From positions 62,001 to 118,811 of the forward strand of contig JBFLGF010000011.1 in assembly GCA_050230475.1 (NCBI GenBank): a stretch of 56,811 nucleotides of DNA, in the 5' to 3' direction. Shown piece after piece: positions 12,833 through 25,377 of the stretch. The position numbers and the translations under genes were made by a program. The notes under the pieces were generated by a model. That model did no database searches. It was given only the letters and a program-made list of their open reading frames with translations, and had not been told where the DNA came from. This DNA is from Ancylonema sp. Taxonomy: Eukaryota. Each line of letters starts with the position of its first letter. Position 1 is the first letter of the stretch.

Positions 12833-15810
12833 CCCTAGGGTTATCGGCGATAACCCTAGGGTTATCGGGATTATTCCAGGGTTAACCCGTAATCCTAGGG
12901 TTTTGACCTTGTTATCGGGAGCAGGGTTCAATTATGATATTTTCCTCGAGGTTACGGGTTAAGGGTTATCATGGTGAAAGGTTAACCCCCACTGTCACGA
13001 CGTCTGAGATCGTTAGCTATTTTACCCCTAAGCTATTTTACCCCTAATATCTACTAAATCTCTCCCTATATTAAATCACGTCTGCGCCGCACCAAATCAA
13101 AAGTTCCGCCGCACTACAACTTCCGCCCCGCTCGCCGGTCCCGCTCCCGAGCTCCAGTTGTCAGCCTGCGCCCCCGCTCAACATTAGCATTTGTTATCCG
13201 TCGATCCGACGTGGCACCTTTGTACTAGTCAACAATCAACTTGTGATGACTTGTCATAAATGTTAGCCGTCGATGAATATCCGACGATAGATATTGTAGA
13301 TAAGACATTTGCGCGTGAGGCATATTTCCCGAGATTGAATATGTAGATCGACACGCGTCTAGCGTCGTTTGTAGAAGTTTGAATACAACCTTTGTACTTC
13401 GAACTCTGAATTCAGCTTTCGCTGAATCTAACGCTGAAGAGACTTGTTGACTTACAGACATTTTCTGGAAGTGGATCGACTAAGTTCAGGACTAGAACTC
13501 AACGATAATAGACTTCTCCATGCAAATACACGCAAAGCAAAGAAAACTTGCAAGCTTTGGTGAGACATAATTAATTTGAGTGTTAGCCGAAAGTCGGCTC
13601 ACATACTCCGAGCAATTTTTGGTACAATCGTGCCCAGCCCCATCAAGAGGGTGACATGTATGACAAGGCATCCACGTCGGCAGACTCTAAAGGATAATTC
13701 CACTCTATTCGAAAATTATCACCACTTGTTGATATTGTCGAATCTAAGCCCTTAACTTGGTACTGACACTTGTACACATGTCTAGTTTTCTCACACCAAT
13801 TTACTTAGCAACTTATTGATACTACAACAAGTTATTGCAATATCAATGAAAACAAATAACAAATCGACAACCCGTCGACAAATGCGACATTATTCATTAT
13901 AAGAGAGACTTGCATTCCACTTCGTCACTATTGTAAATTGTATCTTGTGTGTGTGGCTTTGCTTTGCTTGCAGTCTGTTGCATCTGCATCCAGTCACTTG
14001 TTATTATCATTGTTTTGTTGATCGAGCTATCGCTCTCAGTACTTTACTATCGTTGCCTGCAACGCAGCTTCGTGACTCACACATTTACAACGACGCAAGT
14101 CGGTGTGCAGACTCACAGTCTTTTTGCTGCTGATTACAAGCACTGCAGACGTACACATAAATAGTTGCTCGCTGATCGAGAGCTATCGTTGTTCTTAGTG
14201 TACTATTGTATCGCATACTCTGCATTTAGAATCTTGTAGAGCTATCGCGTTGTCAGCTTGCCCGCAGTGAGAAGTTGCCGAGTCAAGGCGACGTTCGTGC
14301 CGTCGTTTAGATGATTGTTTACAATCACTGTCGCGAGTCAAGCGTACAAAACTCCTTAGATTCAGCGAAAGGGCCTCTGGCCATCAACTTTCCGAGGATT
14401 CTACATTTACAAACTTACAAGGCGACCAGAAGTTGTGCGTCGACATCTGAATAAATAGCTGAAATTACCAGATTTTTTTTTCCCTGCCATCAATCTTTTG
14501 TGCTTACAGCGCTGCGCGCTATTGCAACTAGAGGTAGAAAAATTGTTCGTGCGCATTTTTTTCTGTGAACTTGGTTCAATTCTGAGCATCGATTTACAGA
14601 ATTATGGGAATTTTGTGAAGAATTGTTTCGTGTAGGATTGCCCGGTTGCAAAATTTGTAATATCTGCAAAAATCTGTGAAATCTGCGAAATCTATGAACT
14701 TGTCATATTGCCAGGATTCAAATCTTATTAATTAAAAAAAAAAAAAAAAAAAGTGTGTTGATTTGCATCCGGCATCTTAGACAGCGAGCAATCTTTGTTG
14801 TTGTTAGGTTGTTTAGATCTGCATCATATCCTGGACACTTGTGTGCACACTTGCATCATTCTGTATCGATTTTTGCATCTGGCATCTGGCGAGTTACTAT
14901 TTTACTGCTGTCACGTCCATAGCGACACCCCAATTTCTTACACAGAAGGATCCTATTGCGGGTCAATCAACATTTGTACACGATACGACCCTTCAGCGGT
15001 CAACAACTTTACACACCAAAAAAAAACTTGTCTGATTGGATCAGCAAGTTCGGTAGTCCGAAGGAAAACCCGTGCCTCAGAGCCGTCACCTTGAGACTTG
15101 CCAGCTCGTTGGGATTGCGCAGGCGGTTCCAGTCCGTAACTTGCAAACCAACGGGAGGGTCAATCCTTGCTAACTTGTCTGACCACTCCACGGAGTGTTT
15201 TTGCAGTAGTGAGGCCGGTTTTATAAACTGCCTTTTTCAGACGCTTCTATCCGGTATAAATCTTACCCTGTGTACCACCTTCGGGTTGCACTCTCCCCAT
15301 CTCTTAACTTGAGAGGCTGTTAACACCCCGTGATTTATCACATTCCCCTCGAGTGACCCGCACTTGGAAGCTGTCTTACACCAGTCTTTGTAATTTGGAA
15401 GTGCTCTTGCAAAAGACATTTCTCGACTGCATTGACTACTCCCTGTCATAGATTTTTCATATAGTTAGTTACCAGTGGTTCGCGTACACTGAGCTCCGTC
15501 TTTATCCCCTGTGAGGACCTGGTGCCCACCTGATCTTCCTATAAAGGTTACACCTGAGATCCAATCTCTTTCCCCCTCTGAGATAGCCCCACGGCTCATA
15601 GATTTACCACGCCTATCTGGGGGTACCACGTGGTGCCAGAACCCTTACTTACTGCGTATCGAACGCGGTGGGCTTGTTACACCACCCCTTGTCATAGGTA
15701 CACGCTCCTACACAGGAATTTTGCTTGCAAAATCAACTCATCTAATTCACATTTGAGCTGAAACATTGCACTTGGTGTTTTGAATAATCATTTTTGCAGT
15801 TCAACTGAAA

Positions 15811-18800
15811 GTGTTCATTCAAGAACATTTACAAGGAGCGACATCTCCGAGTGGAGGAGTACAACTTCTGCATCGAATTCGTCGATTCCTGCTACGTACA
15901 ATTTACATTACAAACTCCTTACTACTACAAAACTCCTTCGAGCCAATACTGGAACCTGCCTACATCAATCTAGGAGGGGAAGTACAGGGTAACTCGATCG
16001 ACTCGAAGTCATCGACAGATCTAGTGAATCCGCGCTTCAACTCAAAGATCGGCATACAAGCTATCAACTACGATGCATCGCAGAGTAGTTCCATCTTACA
16101 CAAAACCACAATTATTAGAGGTTGTCAGCCCTCTAGCTGCACTACGCAAAATACCTACAAGCGCCAAATTAGTGCACGCCATTGATACTACACCATGGAA
16201 GAGCGCATTCACAGAGCAAGAAGTGCGCATTGATTTGATCCAAGAGCAGCTGGAGTACACTAAAGAATTTGCCGTTGTTTCTGATGACTTTCGGTACATG
16301 CGTCTAGGACAATTGCATGTCACACTCGAGGAAGCAATGGAGAAGCTTCACGACCTGCCTTACGAGGAAAGGTTGCAGAGTGAAGCAACATTGCTATTCT
16401 CAAACGACAACGAAGGAAACGCTAGATAAATAATCCTCCATATTCGACGTCGATTCAAATTCAAGAAGCAGAAGACGAATGGTATAATGAGCTCCGGAAA
16501 AACATTCTACCAAAACTTGCAACAGCTCCTGTTCAAGAGACGCCGGCTTACACTTTTGTGGCTAGTGCTCCAACCTCAATTTCAAAAAAACATTTCAACA
16601 ATTTTTTTGAACAATGGACTACACGACAAGTAGCAACACAAGAACAGATGGATCGAATGGAGTCACATCTTCTACGCATATTGAAACGACTAGATACTCC
16701 ACCTGGAAACAATTCAGAACAAGTGGTACCTCGCCTACCATCACCACCGGAAAAGTCGTGTTTGAAACCACCGACAGCATTCTCGGTATTACCAAAGGTG
16801 GGCGCATTGCCAGTAGTAGCCAGTAAAGCCCGTGCAACGGCAAACTGGACTATTATTACAATTTCAAATGCCACGGATAACTTGCGCATTGGAGATGTGC
16901 CTGCACAAAACGCTATTGTGGATTCGGGCGCAGGCAATGTCATCATTGGAAAGAGTTTAACGAGAGCTTTGGGCATCACACCATAGGACGTAGAGCCTAA
17001 CATTGCATATGCAACGGCATGTGGAAATATTCACACGTCGCTTCGTACAACCAAAAAGAAATTTCCGATCAGCATTGGCAAAGGTGCAAACCAAGCCATT
17101 GTATTTACAAATTTACATATGTCACCATCGGATGCATTTTCGGTGCTTCTCGGGAATGCATTTCTGGTACCGATTGGAGTAGTCATCGATACATGGACTC
17201 ATCGATTTCATTACCATGTCGATTGGGATAAAGAAGGCAAGCAAATGGCTTCCATCGGCATTGCTCACCACCAGCCTCACCCAGCTGCCAACCCAAAACC
17301 AGCTCAATATATGGAAATGGAAATAGGCACATCCAGTGACATATTGGGTAGAGAAGATGAAACAATATTTGTGTCAACACATGAAGACGAAGTACTGGCG
17401 GACTACGAGTTTCATGTAGTAGAAAATAATTTACAACATCGCATGGTGTCGATCATTCCTACAATACCAGAGGATGAATTTGAACCAACATTACAACATT
17501 GGGAAACGAATACTCTCGTGTACCTCGCAATTACATGTCACACAGACATTCGAGAAGCTATACGTCCAAAACTGGAAGCGGCCGGTCGCACACTGGCGCA
17601 AGTTTTAGAGAAAACAGCTACAATACGATTGACGGAGCTACGCCTCAAAAGCATGAAGCTCCTTCGACAAGCAAAGACACGGGTGTTGAACCTCCAAATC
17701 GCACCATCTCCACGACCTTGGCAAGGAATACCAATTCGTGACGCTGTTCCAATACCACCACGAGCCAATGCACGATTTGATCCAAAGGCCATGCAACAAG
17801 GCCTTCATGTTTGGGAACCATTTGGTGGATCAAGTTGCAGTGGTCTGGTCTCAGTCATGGAAGCAGAGTACCCGGTGCGTTGTTTTACACACACCGATAT
17901 CTGCAAAGATGCTTGACACACAACACGCACATTTCTACCAAAGGCGCAAGTACGTTACCCATAAATTTTACCAACATCATCGATTCGGGGTTTTGACACG
18001 AGACTCGAACATGATATAAGTCAAATTTCCAACGACCACCTCACAGCATTGGTCAAATTCAAAGGACCAATTGACTACATTGTGGCAGGATGGGAATGTC
18101 AAATGGTCACTCGAGGAGGATTCAAGCTAGGGTATAAAGATGAACGATTCCCTTACTTCTTTGATTTAATACGAGCAGTCAATCATTTGACAGAAATACA
18201 AATTTACTCCCCGTTGTTCGTGTTTGAAAATAGTTACCCGTTGGGCAAACTCAATCAAGAAATTGAAGATACAACAATCCTTATCACTTGGGAACACCTG
18301 CAGTAGTAGACGCTGTCAGTCGCGGAAGTACAGCCTACCGACTTCGATGCATCTGGACCAACTTCATCACGCCACAAATGTTGAAAAATGCTTTACCCGA
18401 CGAGCCAGTTCTTCCACCATTGGAATTACATTTGGAAAGGTATCACTCACCTTCTCCGGTTTTACAAAACGATACTCCTCCGTTCGCCACCGTCAACAAG
18501 ATTGGTGAAAAACGCCGAGCTGTACCAACATTGGTGTCGTTTCCTGAGAGTTACCAATTCATCTTGCAACCAGATGGAAATCCAAGACCCGGTATGGTGT
18601 ACAATCATACACGCCATGATTGGAAATCTCCGAACATGTGGGAAAGAGAACGTATGATGGGATTTGTGTCCGGCGACACTAATGCGGAGGGACTCAACGA
18701 CTACCAACGCAAATAATTGGTCGGTCAATGGATCGCAACATGATGAAATGGTTAGGAGGCATGTTACTAGCCGTTTACAACACACCCCTCAAAGACGCAG

Positions 18801-19150
18801 CACCTAAATCACCTAACCAATGGGGATCAGCATCTACGATTATGGGGGGAGCGTTTTACACGGTTCCCGAAGATTTCCATCAATTACAATTTGATAAAGA
18901 ATCAGGTGAATTCTTCGACAATTAAGAACAGCTCTTTGAACCAACAACGATGGATTGTCAATATTTGACAGACACATCCCCGATTCTGGAACACATAATT
19001 CCACAAAAATTCGGCAACCTATCACATGGTTCCATTTTACCCGTCGACGATATAGACGACCCTCCGACACTGAACATTAAATAGAAAATCGGTGCACAAC
19101 TTACAAAGGAATTGTTTGAAAGGTTCAAATATCACAAAGACTCTCACGAG
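15811..19150 (+). mobile_element. Decayed retrotransposon polyprotein (probably Ty3/Gypsy-type): gag-like region, aspartic protease, DNMT3-like methyltransferase; RT/RH/IN absent
   Basis: Retropepsin AIVDSGAG (DSGA 16921-16932) ... VLLGNAFL, in the same frame as the start of a C5-MTase domain. Multiple stops and frameshifts. Both boundaries are approximate. Confidence 0.75.
17800..18775 (+). pseudogene. DNMT3-like C5 cytosine DNA methyltransferase domain inside the retroelement ORF
   Basis: Motif I EPFGG (17815-17829), motif IV GPIDYIVAGWECQ (Cys 18097-18099), motif VI FVFENS (~18217-18234), motif VIII DAVSRGSTAYRLRCIWTNF (RLR 18339-18347), motifs IX-X ERERMMGF..GDT...QRK*LVGQ-MD. Order and spacing parallel DNMT3 (GPFDLVIGGSPCN; FENV; DAKEVSAAHRARYFWGNL; EMERVFGF...RQRLLGRSW). 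Confidence 0.88.
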
Positions 19151-19337
19151 GACTCATTGCGAGTGCCAGCTGGCACATGCAAGTGGATGACATTTATAAC
19201 CAGAAGAGCCTGGGTGTGATCGTAGAAGACAGCGAAAGCTTCGAGACTTCACGGCATTCCAGAGTGGACAGCATGCAGAAGGCCATTTTCCTTCCGCTCG
19301 CAAGTACGGAATTCGAAGCGGAAATGGTACTGCTGAC

Positions 19338-22300
19338 CTGCTTGATGTAGATACTCTTCCCAGAGTAGTTCGGTCCCGTGATGACACACACTCGGCCTGC
19401 CAGGCAAGTAGAATTTTGCTTGGGATCATGCATGCCATCAAAATTTAGATATGTAAAGAAAGATTGAAAATCATTGCATTCACAGCGCACAGTCTCCATG
19501 CGACTGTGATAGAAACAAGAGGGGAACGGGCTACTCCACCGGATTTTATGCGTACCCTCTGAGCCAATATCCGTGCTGTTTGGCACAAATGTGTCCACCG
19601 TCATTTCCTGCAACAGGTGCCTGAACCAAAAGAGCAAAGAACCACGTAGCAGTATTCAAAACTGTACGGCGATTGCAGGCAGCCACGTCCAAGGATCAGA
19701 AGAGAATGTCTCCGGTGTATGGTGTCCATGCTCTCATCTGTGGCAACACTGTGGTGCAACAACGAGTCACGACTCATTGTGGAAATGAGTGTTTATGCAC
19801 TGCATACAGTGCACTGCTCAAAATCTGCACTCTACCGTCCCTTTCCTTCTCCTCCAAAAAACGATACTCAAAGCAGGAGTACTTTTGAGTGTTTTTGAGT
19901 GTTCTGTGGTTTGTACCGACTACTTAAGAGTACTACAGTAGTTGCAATGATTATAGACTAGGATGTAAGGCTGACTGACTTCTACATGTCATCGCATATG
20001 TCTTTCATCAGAAACTATTTCAATAGGTCAGGGTGGAAAACCTTTCCTCCTGATATACCTTCCATTCTTGATGTTTATGACGTTTGATCTGGACAAAGTC
20101 GGCCGCTTGTACCGATACTCCCGCGCACAGCAAGCCAGGCTCACCAAGCTATGCATTCAGACAACATCATAAATGCCAGACAGTCAGTTTCAAAGCATGG
20201 AGTTGCTGAACGTCCGCGAAACTGAGGCCAGCAGTGGATGATCCTGTGCCAGATTCTTAGTGCCCCATCTTCCACAACCATGGGGAACTGCCATGCTCTT
20301 GCCATTTCTGGCGGTAAGAGTGCCCAGCAGTCTGCAGACATCATATTGTTCTTTTATTCAATTATAGTATTTTACGCAGATTTGGAAGTGATTGCTGATC
20401 AGGATGTCGGTTTGAACATCAGAAAAATAATCAATATCGGCAGTATCAGCAAAACCAGCAATATCAGCAAACTTATTGCCGGTCTAGGCCAAGGATTCTG
20501 TTCTACTTCTTGTTCTTTGTCTGGGCTGTAGCCAGTACAATGAGGTCGGTACAAAAGCATCTGACGGGGACTGTAACCAACGCACCAGTCTATTTCAGAC
20601 GCAGCCGCAGCTGCTTTCTGCAGGCTTGCACTGTAGCGGAGGATTCTTTCCTCCAGGTCTAGAATGACAGCGCTTTCCATGTCTGCACTCGAGACACAGC
20701 TCATCGTATTTCTGTTTGCAGCAGGGCACTGATTGGTTTGTAATCTGGCCACATGATGATCAGGTCGGCCTATTATGGATTCATCAATACCTATGATTTT
20801 GTGCAAAATATCCCCGAGGACCTCATCGAGTTCTTTCGTCTTTGGAGTTTGGAAGAAGGTTCCACGCCCCAAAACATCATTGCCCTCAAACTGCACCAAA
20901 CGCGCATCATATGGAATAACATGAAACCTGGTCCACGCCAGAAACAGTCAATTAAAAAACGTTTCTATCCAAAACCAGTACTTTTCTCGATATCTCTTAC
21001 AGGGGAAGGGTACTAAAAAATCATCAGCCGATACAGGTCTGCCAGGTCTGCAACAGAGCTCCTCACCCAAGTCAGCCGGTACACTATCCATATCTGCCAT
21101 CTCTTGCAAATATGCCTTTACATTTACACCAGACTCTTTTAAAGGAAACAGATGCAACACCTTACTGCCTTGGACCGGACACGTGTCTGTCTAGGGTCCC
21201 ACAGCCATGGCAACCCATCTTGAACCCAAAGGATACTGGCCAAACTCACAGAAAATTTGACGCCCGGTTGGCTTTCCAGATTATGAAACAAATCTCTCAC
21301 TCCTTCCACACGGAGTAGGAAACCTGTACCAGCCACAAACCCTCAGTCACCAAGGGGGGCAAAAAAGCGAGAGCAATGAAGTCCTGAACACCTAACCAAC
21401 GTGTACATACCAACTTGAGGAATGTATTCGATGGTGGCATGCTGCTCCTTGCAAAGCCTGCTGACGTTATCCGGCCACTGATCCAATTCCGCAGCTGCCC
21501 CCTGCACACAGCCGAAGGACAAAATTATGTACCAAGCAGGTGGATCTGTGTACCAACCGCTGCAAGCAATGCTACAGACGTCGTGACAAGCTGGTGGCAT
21601 AAGCCAGAGTGGATACAGATTCTACCCGGTCTACTCTCTTGCTTGTTCTGGCCCGGAAAGGTGCCTACAACCATAGACCAGGGAACAAAACCTATCTTGA
21701 AACTAAGCCTACACAAGGTGTACACCAAATGCCACTATAATAACATGCCAGTTTTCCCAAAGCAGGTTTTGCTAACTTACTTTCTGCAGGAAGTCTGAAA
21801 GTCCCTCATAAAGATGTTTGAGTTCGTCTAGCTGTGCCAAGAAACGGATGCACCGGCACCTCAGAACAAATCATAATACAAACTAACGACCTCTCATATT
21901 CAGTTGACTCTTGCATATAAGGCGTATCAACGACCTGCATGATAGACCATATTATTGACGGAAGTCTGCACCGTACCTCTTCACAAATCCCAAGTGCTAC
22001 GAGTGTCTCCTTGGTTTCACCACAGGTCTGGTCGAAGTCCAGGACTCTGGTGATCTGCGCCACTGGAAAAATCCACTCATGTCCCAAACGAGCCAAGGCT
22101 GCCAAGGCTGCTGATAACTAGCGTAGCTTCCTGTCAAATGGTAATACCGCCGAAAGGAAAAAACAACAGCTACATAGACAGCAGGTCATGGTGAGCTGCT
22201 TGATTCATACAATATTTTTGTTTCTCCTACACCATTCAAGCATGGCATCTTTGTCCGTTCGAGCACAGAACCCATACCAGTTCTGCAACATACTTGATGT

Positions 22301-22728
22301 CTTCGTTGATATTCTCAAAAACCTGCACAATTGACAGAAATGGTACAGTAACCAGGGGTTGATGTAATCTTTAAGCAGACGCATTTAGGGCTGCCTGTAA
22401 GTCAACCCTATAGAGATCCTGGAAATCCTCTACGGCATACCTTTTGAATGACTCTGAGCTGTGTCAGGTTTGTGTACTCCTGCTGCTGCCCAACTGCCAT
22501 ATGGCACAGCTCCCGAATGTGGAGAAGGTGCACAAGACTCTGCAGAGTGGAGGACTGTTCAAGATACAACGTCTAAAAAAAGTAGGGCTCCTTGAGTGGA
22601 AGCATGATGTGTAAAGAAAGAAATTGTAGCAACAAAAGCTTGCGACAGCATACCTCCTGTAGTTGCTGCCAGTCCTTCTTTGTGAAGAGAAGGTTTGCAG
22701 AACTTAGCTTCTGCATGTCAGACACATG

Positions 22729-22762
<34 letters not shown>

Positions 22763-25377
22763 ACACACACACACCCACCTTCAGCCTGCTGTTGAGGCAT
22801 ACCTGCAAAGTTATGCCAAACTTTCAAAATGAAAATATATTTTTTGCCGCTACAGAACGCATCAGTAGTGCTGGCTGACTCACATGCAACAACTTTGGCA
22901 CGTCTTTGATATGCTTGAGGATCTCCTGTAGTTGCCTCATCAGGTCCGGGAGTTCCTTCAGGTAGTCAATCTGCATTCGAGCTGGTCAAGGAGGACTGCG
23001 ATATGTTTATGAGATAAGTACGAATGCCGAAGTGCTTCAAACTAGCAGAAACGAGCCAAAAGCCAAATTGCCAGTCTTCTTGTGAGGATACGGTCGAGTA
23101 ACGATCTTGAATCATCTCCAAGCTGACGATAGGTCGCAAGAACCAAAGTCTGTCGAGTGCAAAGCAAACGCTCAGGTTATAACTATGCATGGCAAACAGC
23201 AAAGCTTCTAACACAATCAGATCACAACCAGCATCGTAGGGGTAGGAGCATCTTCAGGTAGGTCCATGAGTGAGGTCATTATGAGCCCATATATATCATA
23301 CTTCTTAGTATCATAGGAGCATCGTACCTCAGCATACGGCGGCCGGCTTGTGTGACGCACTGCAAAATCAGGGTGCTTAACTTGTCACCGTTCTGAATGT
23401 CTTGCTGACTCTAATATCATGTAACTTTCGAGTATTTGCCTGACATTCTCAAGGCTGTGAGAAGCTGTTGCCCCTGAACCAACAGATTGTCTTCTGGCTG
23501 ATGCGTCCTCACCTTATGGTACACGGAAGGTACAACACACAATAACATAAATTGACACATACAAGGACAAAAGAATGGTCTATACCTTGTTCATGATGCC
23601 GAACACCGAGAAGCTGCAAAGCGGCACGAGAAACATATAGAGCTGTCAAGTCATTATGAGGTGCCATAACTGTACGAATGTATGAAAGACGCTGCAGCCA
23701 CACAAACGCAAAAATCAAAATATTGCTATAAAAAGTGTACTAAGAATATTTACCCTTCTTTCGAATTTCCGATCCCCATCGAGCTGGGATGCTTCTCCGT
23801 CTGAAATATCTGGAGGGCGTCGTAGGTTGTCGCATCCAACGTCAAGTAGCCATCCCTGTACAGAAGAACAGACTCTGAAGGGGTCTGGGAAAGCAATTGC
23901 GGCTTAAACTTGCATCTTGCCACTCAATTGCACTAATTCACGAGATAAGACGCAAGACATCATGAGGCCATTTTACCCCCCCATGTACATGGAAAGCTGA
24001 GAAATCTCCCCAATTTGGAGAGGAGTTAAACTCCCATCATCATCGCCATCTGGGGCGTGATCAAGGATCATTTCCTGCTGCAGGATAGCTAACAGAGCTC
24101 CCATCGCACGCACTTGTACACTGTTATCGAAGTTGATCATATACATCAGCTGTCCAAACCCACAATAATCACCATCAATGGGCAACTGGAAAGTTTCAGT
24201 AGCTGAGGATAACTTTGCCAGGCACAGCAGATCTGTTGCCATACCATTTGTATTCTTTGCTTGTCTGTCAGATCCTCTGGCATGGTGGACCACGTCACGT
24301 ACGCCAGTCTGGAAATGAGACAATATTGATGAACACCATTGTGAGCACCTTCTGGTTAAACTGAAAGAGAGTATGTCAAGTGCGTTTTTCTTTGCCAAAA
24401 TGCTTCACAGAGTCATAAACACATTTACGGCTTTGTAAGATCAGCTTACCTATGCTTTGCCAGTTCGTAGCTGAACGTGGAGTTTTTTACTAATTTCACG
24501 TCGAACTCCTGGCCGTCCTCGTACACTGGTCAACGAGAGGGTCCAAGCGAGATACACGTGAATACAAATACTATTGCAGCAGCCAGCGCAATTCTTGTGG
24601 AAATGTTGGGCAAGTACCAGGTGCTTGAAGGGCCGTGAGGAATTGTTCGTCAGCCCTGGTGCTCCCATATATTATTGTCGGCTCCACCTGAAACTTTACT
24701 GTATCAAGCAGCAGGTGTAAAAATTGTCAAAGTAGAGAGATATCCCCTTCAAGAGGGATCTAAGACATAGACTTGATGGTGATGTGAACTGCTAACAACA
24801 CGGTCAACATACATGATTGCCCGCAGCCATCCCAGCACCCCTATGAAGTTTATCACGCTATAACTCACACAGCTGGAGACACGGGAAATTATCCCCTAAC
24901 GCATCTTCACACGCCTCCAGCCCATACAAATGACAGGCACTCGCATCGTAGTACGCCACACCTAATCTGAAACAACGCAGATGAGATTCTCTTGAATTCA
25001 GTTGACCTCTCTACTGGATGCAACAGAACTTGATCACGTGCAGGCACTTTAACTGAAACCTTTGTCGCTCAGATACAGAAGTGCTGCCATGTCACCGGAG
25101 TCACACTGTTGGAATATTCGATTGCTGGCCAATCATTGGTTCTGAGATGTTATTTACCTCTGCCCTTGCATTAAACAAGCGAGATACACCTGCACATACA
25201 CGAGACGAAGGGATACTGTTGATGGCTAGAGGATTGTACATCACTCCTCTTCCGAATCTTCATTTCGATGAGACCGTGATACAGAATCCACCGACTACTG
25301 ATGGCATAAATGATAGCGATGTACTGACGCACCTGATTTCCGTCCTCAGACAGACTGACGCCATTGCTGGATACCAT
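19338..25377 (-). CDS. MSH5: MutS homolog 5 (meiotic crossover factor). Multi-exon; the visible part ends just after Walker A
   Basis: GT-AG exons encode MVSSN..Q|VYLACLMQGQR|LGVAYYDAS, VKLVKNSTFSYE, QVRAMGALLAIL, LDATTYDALQIFQTEKHPSSMGIGNSKEG|FSVFGIMNK|CVTQAGRRMLR|LWFLRPI, TPKTKELDEVLGDILHKI, RHLLQEMTVDTFVPN and ITGPNYSGKSIYIKQ. All match plant MSH5 as I recall it. Confidence 0.92.
22730..22774. repeat. (CA)n microsatellite in an MSH5 intron
   Basis: Direct observation. Confidence 0.95.

Noticed and set aside
17800..18775. MTase as a host DRM/DNMT3 gene or bacterial restriction-modification contamination
   Set aside because: Intronless, in frame with a retropepsin, canonical motif order (not DRM-permuted), no PWWP/ADD/UBA domain and no nuclease partner.
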